Below, piece after piece: positions 45,650 through 53,157 of a stretch of DNA of 64,000 nt. This DNA comes from Candidatus Omnitrophota bacterium (GTDB lineage Bacteria; Omnitrophota; Gorgyraeia; Zapsychrales; Zapsychraceae): the NCBI GenBank assembly GCA_015233405.1, contig JADFXT010000001.1, forward strand, positions 169,386 through 233,385, written 5' to 3'. A program made the translations under genes and the position numbers. The notes under the pieces were generated by a model. It did no database searches and was not told the DNA's origin. It worked only from the letters and a program-made list of their open reading frames with translations. The first letter of the stretch is position 1. The number at the start of each line of letters is the position of its first letter.

Positions 45650-46849
45650 ATGTTTAATACTATTGAACAGGTCCTTGAGGATTTAAAACAAGGGAAAATG
45701 ATCGTTGTGATGGATGATGAAGGCCGGGAAAATGAAGGCGATATCTTATGTCCGGCAGAGTTTATCACGGCAGATAAGATCAATTTTATGGCCAAAGAAG
45801 CGCGGGGCTTAGTTTGCATTCCTATGAGCGAAGAGCGCCTCAATGAGCTCGACCTTCACCCGATGAAGGTGCATATTAGCCACCGGCATCAGAAGTGTGA
45901 CACGGGTTGGGCTATTTCCGTGGACGCATCACATGGTGTGACGACCGGTATTTCAGCGGCGGATAGAGCGCATACCGTTAAAGTCCTTATTGATCCCAAA
46001 TCCAAACCGTCAGACTTAATTACCCCAGGACATTTGTTCCCTTTACGCGCTGTTCAGGGCGGGGTATTGGTTCGCGCCGGGCATACGGAAGCTTCCGTCG
46101 ATCTGATGAAAATCGCAGGGCTTTATCCGGCCGGGGTTATTTGTGAGATCATGAATGAAGATGGGACCATGGCTAGGACAAAAGACTTGATCGCATTTTC
46201 TAAAAAACATAATTTAAGGATCTGCACGATTGATAGCCTGATTGAATATTTAAGGACAAAGCAAAAGCTCGTCGAGCGTTTGGTCGATACGAAGCTGCCT
46301 ACGCCTTACGGGGAATTTACCATGATCGCCTATCGTTCCAAGATCGACGGCTTTGTGCATGTTGCCTTGACGTTCGGGGACATTAACAAAGAAGAGCCTG
46401 TGTTGGTGCGGGTCCAGTCGGAATGTTTAACGGGTGATGTGTTTGGATCTTTGCGATGCGATTGCCGCGACCAGTTGACGGCGGCTTTGGAAACGATCAG
46501 CAAAAATGGGTCCGGTGTTTTGATTTATATGCGCCAGGAAGGCCGGGGGATTGGGCTGGTCAATAAATTAAAAGCCTACAATCTGCAGGATGAAGGGCTT
46601 GATACCGTCGAGGCCAATGAGGCGTTGGGATTTGCCGCGGACTTAAGGCATTACGGCTTGGGCGCTCAGATCCTCGTTGATTTAGATATTAGAAAGATCC
46701 GTTTGCTGACGAATAATCCGCGAAAGATCGTCGGATTAGATGGATATGGACTCTCTGTGGTGGAACGTGTTCCGCTTCAGGTTCCGCACAATGAGATCAA
46801 TGAAAAATATTTGAAGGCCAAAAAAGAAAAATTAGGACATTGGTTATGA
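45650..46849 (+). CDS. ribBA: bifunctional 3,4-dihydroxy-2-butanone-4-phosphate synthase / GTP cyclohydrolase II
   Basis: [18 protein letters not shown], and [14 protein letters not shown] motifs. Start at [12 protein letters not shown]. Confidence 0.9.
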   Translation: MFNTIEQVLEDLKQGKMIVVMDDEGRENEGDILCPAEFITADKINFMAKEARGLVCIPMSEERLNELDLHPMKVHISHRHQKCDTGWAISVDASHGVTTGISAADRAHTVKVLIDPKSKPSDLITPGHLFPLRAVQGGVLVRAGHTEASVDLMKIAGLYPAGVICEIMNEDGTMARTKDLIAFSKKHNLRICTIDSLIEYLRTKQKLVERLVDTKLPTPYGEFTMIAYRSKIDGFVHVALTFGDINKEEPVLVRVQSECLTGDVFGSLRCDCRDQLTAALETISKNGSGVLIYMRQEGRGIGLVNKLKAYNLQDEGLDTVEANEALGFAADLRHYGLGAQILVDLDIRKIRLLTNNPRKIVGLDGYGLSVVERVPLQVPHNEINEKYLKAKKEKLGHWL

Positions 46850-47355
46850 TGCTGGGTTTGTCGACGAAAAAAGCCGGTGTTATTTTAGAAGGCAATAGTA
46901 AAGATAAAGCCAAAGGCAGCCGGATTGCTATTGTGGTGTCTAAATTCCATGAATTTGTGACCCAGCGGCTTTTGGACGCGGCTTTAGAGGAATTGACAGC
47001 CTGCGGAGTAAAGAAAAACGATATTGTCGTAGCGTGGGTCCCAGGTGCGTTTGAAATTCCGCTCGTGGCCCAGACGCTTGTCGCTAAAAAAAACATTGAT
47101 GGCGTTATCTGTTTAGGCGCGGTTGTCCGGGGAGAAACGAAGCATTATGACCTCGTCGCGGAGAATGCGGCGCGGGGCATTGCCCAGGTTTCTTTAGCGA
47201 GCGGCAAGCCGGTCATTTTTGAAGTTTTGGCGACGGACACCATGGAATTGGCCTACAAGCGTTCAGAGGAAAAAGGAATTAATAAAGGGCGCGACGCCGC
47301 ACATGCAGTGTTGGAAATGCTGGATTTGTTGAGCCAGACGGATAAAATTAAGTAA
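46840..47355 (+). CDS. ribH: 6,7-dimethyl-8-ribityllumazine synthase
   Basis: [13 protein letters not shown]...WVPGAFEIP...G.VIRGET.HYD pattern. Confidence 0.9.
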   Translation: MVMMLGLSTKKAGVILEGNSKDKAKGSRIAIVVSKFHEFVTQRLLDAALEELTACGVKKNDIVVAWVPGAFEIPLVAQTLVAKKNIDGVICLGAVVRGETKHYDLVAENAARGIAQVSLASGKPVIFEVLATDTMELAYKRSEEKGINKGRDAAHAVLEMLDLLSQTDKIK

Positions 47356-47357
47356 GA

Positions 47358-47475
47358 ATCCTAAATCCGAATATCGAAATACGAAACAAATTTTAAAATT
47401 TTAAGAATCAAAAAGCCTTTCGAATTTCGGATTTGAATTTATTGTTTAGAATTTTGATATTCGGATTTCAATTTT
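47358..47475. repeat. AT-rich long imperfect palindrome, copy 3
   Basis: AAATCCGAATATCGAAATACGAAACAAA ... TTCGAATTTCGGATTTG ... GATATTCGGATTTC. It shares a central AAGAATCAAAAA block with copy 4. Confidence 0.75.
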
Positions 47476-47478
47476 TTA

Positions 47479-47593
47479 TTGAGCAACAATAAGCCACGAC
47501 CGACCACGAAACGTGCGAGGAAGTGGTTGAACGATCAAGAAAACACGACCGAGCACGAAACGTGCGAGGAAGTGGTTGAGCAACGGCGAAACC
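47479..47593 (+). repeat. start-codon-proximal leader repeat array B (2 short units plus terminal GAGCAACGGCGAAACC|ATG)
   Basis: Two units of 48-49 nt: ...CACGACCGA(C/G)CACGAAACGTGCGAGGAAGTGGTTGA... Confidence 0.85.
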
Positions 47594-48034
47594 ATGCGTA
47601 AACGAACCGAATCACGAGAAGCTGCTTTGAAAGTCCTTTACCAGGCGGAAATCACCCGCCGGGAAATCAGCGTTGCCTCTGAAAATTTTTGGGCCGACCG
47701 TGAGGATATTGATGATACCGTCCTGAAATTTTGCGAGCGTATCACTTCTGGCGTTCAAAAGCATTTTCAAGAGATCGACGACAAGATCGTCCATTATGCT
47801 GCCAATTGGCAATTGAAGCGTATGGCGGTGATTGACCGCAACATTTTAAGAATCGGCGTATTTGAAATGCTTTTCACCTCCGATGTTCCCCCGAAGGTTT
47901 GTATCAATGAAGCCGTGGAACTGGCAAAGAAATATGGCGACCTTGATTCCAGCAAGTTCGTCAATGGCATCCTGGATAAAATCCATAAAGTTGAAATCCT
48001 TTCCAAAGATAAAGACCATGAGCCAGTGGGCTGA
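47594..48034 (+). CDS. nusB: transcription antitermination factor NusB
   Basis: MRKRTESREAALKVLYQ... It is 146 aa from ATG 47594, with a DRNILRIGVFE motif. Confidence 0.9.
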   Translation: MRKRTESREAALKVLYQAEITRREISVASENFWADREDIDDTVLKFCERITSGVQKHFQEIDDKIVHYAANWQLKRMAVIDRNILRIGVFEMLFTSDVPPKVCINEAVELAKKYGDLDSSKFVNGILDKIHKVEILSKDKDHEPVG

Positions 48035-48857
48035 TCTTCACATCCATACCACTTTCTCCGATAGCACATTGTCTCCCCTAGATGTCGTTAAAGATGCGTA
48101 CAAAAATGGCGTCGATTGTATCGGCATCACGGATCACGATACTGTGGCGGGCATTCTTCCGACGATCAATGAGGCCAAGAAATATAATATTGAGGTTGTT
48201 CCGGCCATTGAACTTTCGTCGGAATTAAACGGCCGGGATATCCATGTCTTAGGATATTATTTTGATTACCATAACGCAGCCTTTGTCAATCAGCTTTCCA
48301 GTATGCAAAATACGCGCGTCGAACGGATGGACAAAATGATCGGGAAATTGCATGACCTTTTCGGGATTAATAATATTTCCCTTAAAGAAGTTTGTGCTTT
48401 GGCGGGGACAAAATCCGTCGGAAGGCCTCATTTAGCGACGAAATTGATTGAGAAAGGCTGGGTGTCCGATATTCCCACGGCTTTTAATAAATTTATCGGC
48501 GAGCGGGCCCCGGCGTATGTTCCTAAATTTAAGCAAACCCCTCAGGAAGCGGTTCAGTTCATTCACAAGGCCGGCGGAGCGGCCGTATTGGCGCATCCGG
48601 TCATCACGCAGATCGATGAGCTCATTCCCCAATTGGTGGCCTCCGGGCTCGACGGACTTGAGGTCTATTACCCAAATGTTTCCGGTAATATTACTCGATT
48701 CTATGAGGGTATGGCCCAGAAACATGATCTTGTTATGACGGGCGGCTCAGATGCCCACGGTACAGCCAAGGTTTATGAATATATCGGCATGGTGAAAGTT
48801 TCTTATGCGCGGGTTGAAGAATTAAAGAAACGGGCTGAGAGGTATAAAAAAATTTAA
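48018..48857 (+). CDS. PHP-domain phosphoesterase (TrpH/YciV-like)
   Basis: ADLHIHTTFSD, ITDHD and GGSDAHG motifs. The ORF-track start at 47862 overlaps nusB out of frame. Confidence 0.8.
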   Translation: MSQWADLHIHTTFSDSTLSPLDVVKDAYKNGVDCIGITDHDTVAGILPTINEAKKYNIEVVPAIELSSELNGRDIHVLGYYFDYHNAAFVNQLSSMQNTRVERMDKMIGKLHDLFGINNISLKEVCALAGTKSVGRPHLATKLIEKGWVSDIPTAFNKFIGERAPAYVPKFKQTPQEAVQFIHKAGGAAVLAHPVITQIDELIPQLVASGLDGLEVYYPNVSGNITRFYEGMAQKHDLVMTGGSDAHGTAKVYEYIGMVKVSYARVEELKKRAERYKKI

Positions 48858-48988
48858 ATTCGAAATACGAAAAACGAAATAAATTTTAAATTTCCAAGAA
48901 TCAAAAAATCTTTTGAATTGTTTCGCTTTTCGATATTCGGGTTTCGAATTTGTTTCGGATTTCGTGTTTAGAGTTTCGAGTTTCAAAA
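48856..48988. repeat. AT-rich long imperfect palindrome, copy 4
   Basis: AAATTCGAAATACGAAAAACGAAAT ... TTTCGATATTCGGGTTTCGAATTTGTTTCGGATTTCG. Confidence 0.75.
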
Positions 48989-48993
48989 ATTAT

Positions 48994-50082
48994 ATGACTG
49001 ATGAATTTTACATGAAGCGGGCGATTCGATTGGCCCAAAAGGGAAGAGGCGAAACATCCCCTAACCCGATGGTCGGCGCTGTGGTCGTCAAAGGCGGTAA
49101 AATTATTGCTGAAGGCTGGCACAAAAAATATGGCCAAGCCCACGCCGAAGTGAACGCTTTTAATAACGCGAAGGTCTCTTTAAAAGGCGCAACGCTTTTC
49201 GTCAACCTCGAGCCTTGTCATCATTTTGGGCAAACTCCGCCGTGTGTAGATGCGGTTATAAAATCCGGGATCAAAAAGGTGGTCATCGCCATGAAAGATC
49301 CGAATCCGTTAACGAACGGCAAATCCATTACTAAGATGAAGAGCTCCGGCATAGTTGTTAAAGTCGGGGTTTTAAAAGATGAAGCGGAAAAGCTTAACGA
49401 GGCTTTTGTTAAAATGAAGAAAAGGAACATGCCTTTTGTCATCGGGAAAATTGCCCAAACTTTGGATGGTAAAATTGCTACGCAAAGCGGATCGTCTAAA
49501 TGGATAACGTCAGAGGCGACAAGATTTCTCGCCCGAAAATTAAGAGCGGAGTTCGACGCGATCTTAGTCGGAATCAATACCGTCCTTAAAGATGACCCGT
49601 CGCTTAATGCGGATGGAAAAATTCGGGGGCTTAAGAAGATTGTGTTGGATTCCCGATTGAAAATATCTTTAAGCGCTCGATTATTTCAAGGATGTCTTTT
49701 AAGCGATTGTATTATTGCAACGACACAAAAAGCGTCTCAGCAGAAGATCAAACAATTTCGGAATAAAGGCGTTACCGTCATTGTCTGCCCGGAAAAACAG
49801 CAGAAAGTTGACCTTAAATGGTTGTTCAAAGAACTTGCCAAGCAAAAGATTATGAGTATTCTAATAGAAGGCGGCGCCAAAGTTTTGGGAAGCGCGTTGG
49901 CTGAGGAGCTGGTGGATAAGCTTCATGTTTATATCGCTCCAAAGCTCGTCGGGGACCAGAACGCTTTATCATCTGTCGACGGCCTAAAAATCACAGATAT
50001 TTCCAAAGCTCTTAAGTTAAAAAATATGGAAGTTCAGCGGATGGGTGAGGATATTTTTGTGTCGGGATATCTTAAGAAGTAG
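48994..50082 (+). CDS. ribD: bifunctional riboflavin biosynthesis deaminase/reductase RibD
   Basis: NPMVGAVVV, HAEVNA and PCxHxGxTPPC deaminase motifs, plus a reductase C-terminus. The ORF-track start at 48913 translates the repeat. Confidence 0.9.
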   Translation: MTDEFYMKRAIRLAQKGRGETSPNPMVGAVVVKGGKIIAEGWHKKYGQAHAEVNAFNNAKVSLKGATLFVNLEPCHHFGQTPPCVDAVIKSGIKKVVIAMKDPNPLTNGKSITKMKSSGIVVKVGVLKDEAEKLNEAFVKMKKRNMPFVIGKIAQTLDGKIATQSGSSKWITSEATRFLARKLRAEFDAILVGINTVLKDDPSLNADGKIRGLKKIVLDSRLKISLSARLFQGCLLSDCIIATTQKASQQKIKQFRNKGVTVIVCPEKQQKVDLKWLFKELAKQKIMSILIEGGAKVLGSALAEELVDKLHVYIAPKLVGDQNALSSVDGLKITDISKALKLKNMEVQRMGEDIFVSGYLKK

Positions 50083-50086
50083 CTTC

Positions 50087-50114
50087 TGTCATTCCCGCCT
50101 TCGCGGGGATGACA
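50087..50114. repeat. solo GC-rich hairpin (same family as the hairpin-pair elements)
   Basis: TGTCATTCCCGCCTTCGCGGGGATGACA. Confidence 0.75.
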
Positions 50115-50152
50115 AACACAGGCATAATAAGAAAATAGAAGAGGTATGAATT

Positions 50153-50779
50153 ATGTTCTCAGGCATTATTGAAGAAACCGGTATCGTGGAAGAAATTGAA
50201 AAGAAGCCAAATCTTTGCGTTTTAAAGGTAAGAGCCAAAAAAGTTTTAAAAGACGCCAAGCTGGGATCCAGCATCGCTGTCGACGGGGTTTGTTTGACCG
50301 TGACCGCTATCAAGAAAGATATTTTGTCCTTTGATATCATGCTCGAAACGATGAAGAAAACGACACTGGGTTCCGTAAAGCCGAAGACGCATGTCAATCT
50401 GGAGCGGTCCTTAAAGATGAGCGACCGGATCTGCGGGCATTTTGTCTCAGGCCATGTGGATGCTATGCAATCCGTCACCAAGATCATTACGGGCGAGAAT
50501 TATACGGAATTGCGGATAAGCCTGACAAAAGAACTTCATAAATATGTGGTGCCTAAAGGCTCTGTTGCGCTCGACGGCGTGAGTTTGACCGTCGGAGATG
50601 TGAGACAGAAAGATTTCTCAGTATATTTGATTCCATTCACGCTTCAAGTGACGAATTTAGGCTATAAAAAAGAAGGTAGTCCGATCAATATTGAGACCGA
50701 TATTTTGGCGAAATATTTATTCGCCCAGTCTCGGGATAAAAGTTCTAATCCGTATTCGTTTAAGAAAGACAATAATTGA
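50153..50779 (+). CDS. ribE: riboflavin synthase
   Basis: MFSGIIEETG start and duplicated ...SIAVDGVCLTV / ...SVALDGVSLTV lumazine-binding repeats. Confidence 0.9.
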   Translation: MFSGIIEETGIVEEIEKKPNLCVLKVRAKKVLKDAKLGSSIAVDGVCLTVTAIKKDILSFDIMLETMKKTTLGSVKPKTHVNLERSLKMSDRICGHFVSGHVDAMQSVTKIITGENYTELRISLTKELHKYVVPKGSVALDGVSLTVGDVRQKDFSVYLIPFTLQVTNLGYKKEGSPINIETDILAKYLFAQSRDKSSNPYSFKKDNN

Positions 50780-50783
50780 GCTT

Positions 50784-51024
50784 TCACTACGACCGAGCAC
50801 GTAACCTGACTGCCGTCAGGCAGGTGTGTTAGGAAGTGGTTGAGTAACAAAGAAACTACGACCGAGCACGTAACCTGACTGTTGTCAGGTAGGTGTGTGA
50901 GGAAGTGGTCAAGCAACAAGAAACCACGACCGAGGACGTAATGTCCGAGGAAGTGGTCAAGCAACAAGAAACCACGACCGAGGACGTAATGTCCGAGGAA
51001 GTGGTCGAGCCAACAGGCGAGACC
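50784..51024 (+). repeat. start-codon-proximal leader repeat array C (2 long plus 2 short units, terminal ...GGCGAGACC|ATG)
   Basis: The long units carry the nested hairpin CCTGACTGCCGTCAGGCAGG. The two 48-nt short units are identical (CAAGCAACAAGAAACCACGACCGAGGACGTAATGTCCGAGGAAGTGGT). Confidence 0.9.
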
Positions 51025-52263
51025 ATGAAAAAACGCGTTGTCATCACCGGTGCAGGGATCATTGCCAGTAACGGAAAGGGCAAGGAAGAGTTTTGGCAAA
51101 ATCTTCAAGACGGCAAGACCGGCTATCGGCCCATTACGTTATTTGAGACCGGGGATTTTCTGGTCAATATGGCGGGTGAGATCACGGATTTTGACGCCTC
51201 GCTTTACGTCGGGAAAAAGGGTTTAAGGCTTTTAGACCGAAGCACCCGGCTTCTTATTTCTGCCGCGCATTTAGCCATTGCAGATAGCCAATTACAGATA
51301 ACGGATGATAATACCGACGATGTCGGCGTTTCCGTGGGAACGACCTTCGGCAGCTTAAAGAGTATCAGCGATTTTGACGAGGTGACGCTGCGCGAAGGCC
51401 CGCGGTATACCAATCCCGCACTTTTCCCCAATACGGTCATCAATTCTCCGGCCAGCCAGGTGTCCATTTGGAACAATATCCAGGGATTTAATACGACGAT
51501 TTCGACGGGATTCACCTCCAGCATTGATGCGATGAGCTATGCATATGATTTTTTACAGATGGAACGCGTTAAGGTGGTTTATACCGGAAGCGTTGAGGAG
51601 CTTTGCCGTCAGACGTACGACGGATTTCATTCACTACAATTTTTATCCGGCTCGAAGCAAGGCGAGGCGTTCGTCAATTGCCCGTTCGATAAACGGCGTA
51701 ACGGGATAACGCTCGGTGAAGGTGCGGGCTTGATTTCTATGGAAGATCATGCGCATGCCGTCGAGAGAAAAGCACCTGTTCTCGCTGAAGTCCTTGGGTT
51801 TGGTTACAGCTTTGACCCGTTTCGTATTCACAAATATAATCCCCGCGGCACAGGGTTAAAAGAGTCGCTTCGGCAGGCCTTAGAGAACGCTCAATTGGAA
51901 TTAAAGGACATCGATTATATTTGCGCTAATGCCAATTCCACGCAAGCTGCGGATAGAATTGAAACGCAGGCGATCAAAGAAGTTTTTGGCGAATGGGCGT
52001 ATAAAATTCCAGTCAGTTCGATCAAATCCATGACCGGGGAATGTTTTAGCGTCTCGGGGACTTTTGCCGTGATCGCGTCTTTAGGCGCGTTGGCTAAAGA
52101 TTTCATTCCTCCGACGGTGAATTATAAAGAAAAAGACCCGGAGTGTGATTTGGATTACGTTCCTAACGTTGCCAGAAAGGCGCGGCTCAATAATATTTTG
52201 ATCATCACCTTCGGCCCGAATGGCAGTAATAGTTGCATGGTGATTGGAAGGTATCGGGGATAG
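51025..52263 (+). CDS. beta-ketoacyl-ACP synthase II-like protein lacking the Cys-His-His catalytic triad
   Basis: It is 412 aa from ATG 51025 and collinear with FabF as I recall it. Positions matching FabF C163/H303/H340 read F163 (51511-51513), N302 (51928-51930) and E339 (52039-52041). Confidence 0.8.
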   Translation: MKKRVVITGAGIIASNGKGKEEFWQNLQDGKTGYRPITLFETGDFLVNMAGEITDFDASLYVGKKGLRLLDRSTRLLISAAHLAIADSQLQITDDNTDDVGVSVGTTFGSLKSISDFDEVTLREGPRYTNPALFPNTVINSPASQVSIWNNIQGFNTTISTGFTSSIDAMSYAYDFLQMERVKVVYTGSVEELCRQTYDGFHSLQFLSGSKQGEAFVNCPFDKRRNGITLGEGAGLISMEDHAHAVERKAPVLAEVLGFGYSFDPFRIHKYNPRGTGLKESLRQALENAQLELKDIDYICANANSTQAADRIETQAIKEVFGEWAYKIPVSSIKSMTGECFSVSGTFAVIASLGALAKDFIPPTVNYKEKDPECDLDYVPNVARKARLNNILIITFGPNGSNSCMVIGRYRG

Positions 52264-52274
52264 CTCATTTTGTT

Positions 52275-52373
52275 GTCATCCCCGCGAAAGCGGGGATCCA
52301 GGATACGGGGTAAGTTTCAACAGGAATCAAAAGCTTAAAACATTAACTGGATTCCCGCTTACGCGGGAATGAC
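52275..52373. repeat. GC-rich hairpin-pair element, copy 3
   Basis: GTCATCCCCGCGAAAGCGGGGATCCAG ... CTGGATTCCCGCTTACGCGGGAATGAC. It is 99 bp, the same length as copy 1. Confidence 0.85.
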
Positions 52374-52399
52374 AGAAAAGAATAAAAGAGGAATATTTT

Positions 52400-53146
52400 A
52401 TGAATCTAAAAGGAAAAGTTGCCATTGTGACCGGCGGTGGACGAGGAATTGGCCGGGCCATTGTCTTAAAATTGGCAAGCTTGGGCTGTAACGTGGCGTT
52501 TAATTATGTGAAAAATAAAGAAGCAGCCGCCTCGTTAGAAAAAGAAGTCCAAAAGCTCGGCGTGAAATGCCAGTCCCGTTCGGTAGATATTAAAGATTTT
52601 GCCAAGGTCAAAGAGTGGGTGGATTTTATTAAGGAAGAATTCGGCGGACTGGATATCCTGGTCAATAATGCGGGAATCATCGTCGATAAAGCGCTCATGT
52701 TGATGTCCGAAGAAGATTGGAATTCGGTGATTGATACGAATTTAAACGGCATGTTTAACGCCTCGCGCGCCGTTATCGTCACATTTTTAAAACAGAAAAG
52801 CGGGCACGTGATTAATATTTCGTCGGTGAGCGGCCTGATCGGGCTGCCTCGTCAGACCAATTATTCGGCGAGCAAGGGCGCCATGAATGCCTTTACGAAA
52901 TCTTTGGCCAAAGAAGTTGCTGCGTACGGAATTAAAGTTAATGCGATTGCCCCGGGATTTATTGAAACGGAAATGTTGAGCGAATTTAGCGACGAGCAAA
53001 AACAGAAAATTTTAGACATGATCCCGCTGGGCCGGATGGGTTCGGTTCATGATGTCACGGGGTGTGTGGAATTTTTATTGTCCGACGCCGCGCAATACAT
53101 TACAGGACAAATTATTCAGATTGATGGTGGATTAGCGATAAGATAA
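52400..53146 (+). CDS. fabG: 3-oxoacyl-ACP reductase
   Basis: TGGGRGIG, NNAG and S...YSASK motifs are intact. Confidence 0.85.
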   Translation: MNLKGKVAIVTGGGRGIGRAIVLKLASLGCNVAFNYVKNKEAAASLEKEVQKLGVKCQSRSVDIKDFAKVKEWVDFIKEEFGGLDILVNNAGIIVDKALMLMSEEDWNSVIDTNLNGMFNASRAVIVTFLKQKSGHVINISSVSGLIGLPRQTNYSASKGAMNAFTKSLAKEVAAYGIKVNAIAPGFIETEMLSEFSDEQKQKILDMIPLGRMGSVHDVTGCVEFLLSDAAQYITGQIIQIDGGLAIR

Positions 53147-53157
53147 TTAAGAAATGA

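Noticed and set aside
47862-48017. Long 5' extensions of the PHP gene (47862), ligA (54627), ribF (61697), mraZ (62846), thpR (45131) and ribD (48913) in the ORF track.
   Set aside because: The extensions overlap upstream genes or repeats out of frame. Conserved N-terminal motifs begin at the internal Mets I chose instead.
50784-51024. Tandem repeats of 48-69 nt as a possible CRISPR array.
   Set aside because: The units are contiguous with no unique spacers. They are degenerate rather than exact. No cas genes are nearby, and the same units occur as 2-3-unit arrays abutting start codons elsewhere.
50893-51024. ORF-track N-terminal extensions translated from leader repeats, such as MCEEVVKQQETTTEDVMSEEVV... 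on the FabF-like gene. Similar extensions occur at 57370 on xerD, 47576 on nusB and 8717 on dtd.
   Set aside because: Four unrelated housekeeping proteins would all gain similar acidic extensions. Arrays A and B have in-frame stops close upstream, and unit length is not always a multiple of 3. Starting at the post-repeat ATG gives canonical protein lengths. Translation in array C cannot be formally excluded, because in-frame ATGs lie at 50941 and 50989.
50662-51108. Antisense or overlapping ORFs lying on repeat elements: 50662-51108(-), 8610-8849(-), 8671-8886(+), 4637-4915(-), 57224-57512(-), 53863-54111(-) and 25040-25339(-).
   Set aside because: They are translations of repeat families, the riboswitch or the tRNA region. 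They have low-complexity repeat-derived peptides, lack an RBS, and overlap well-supported features.
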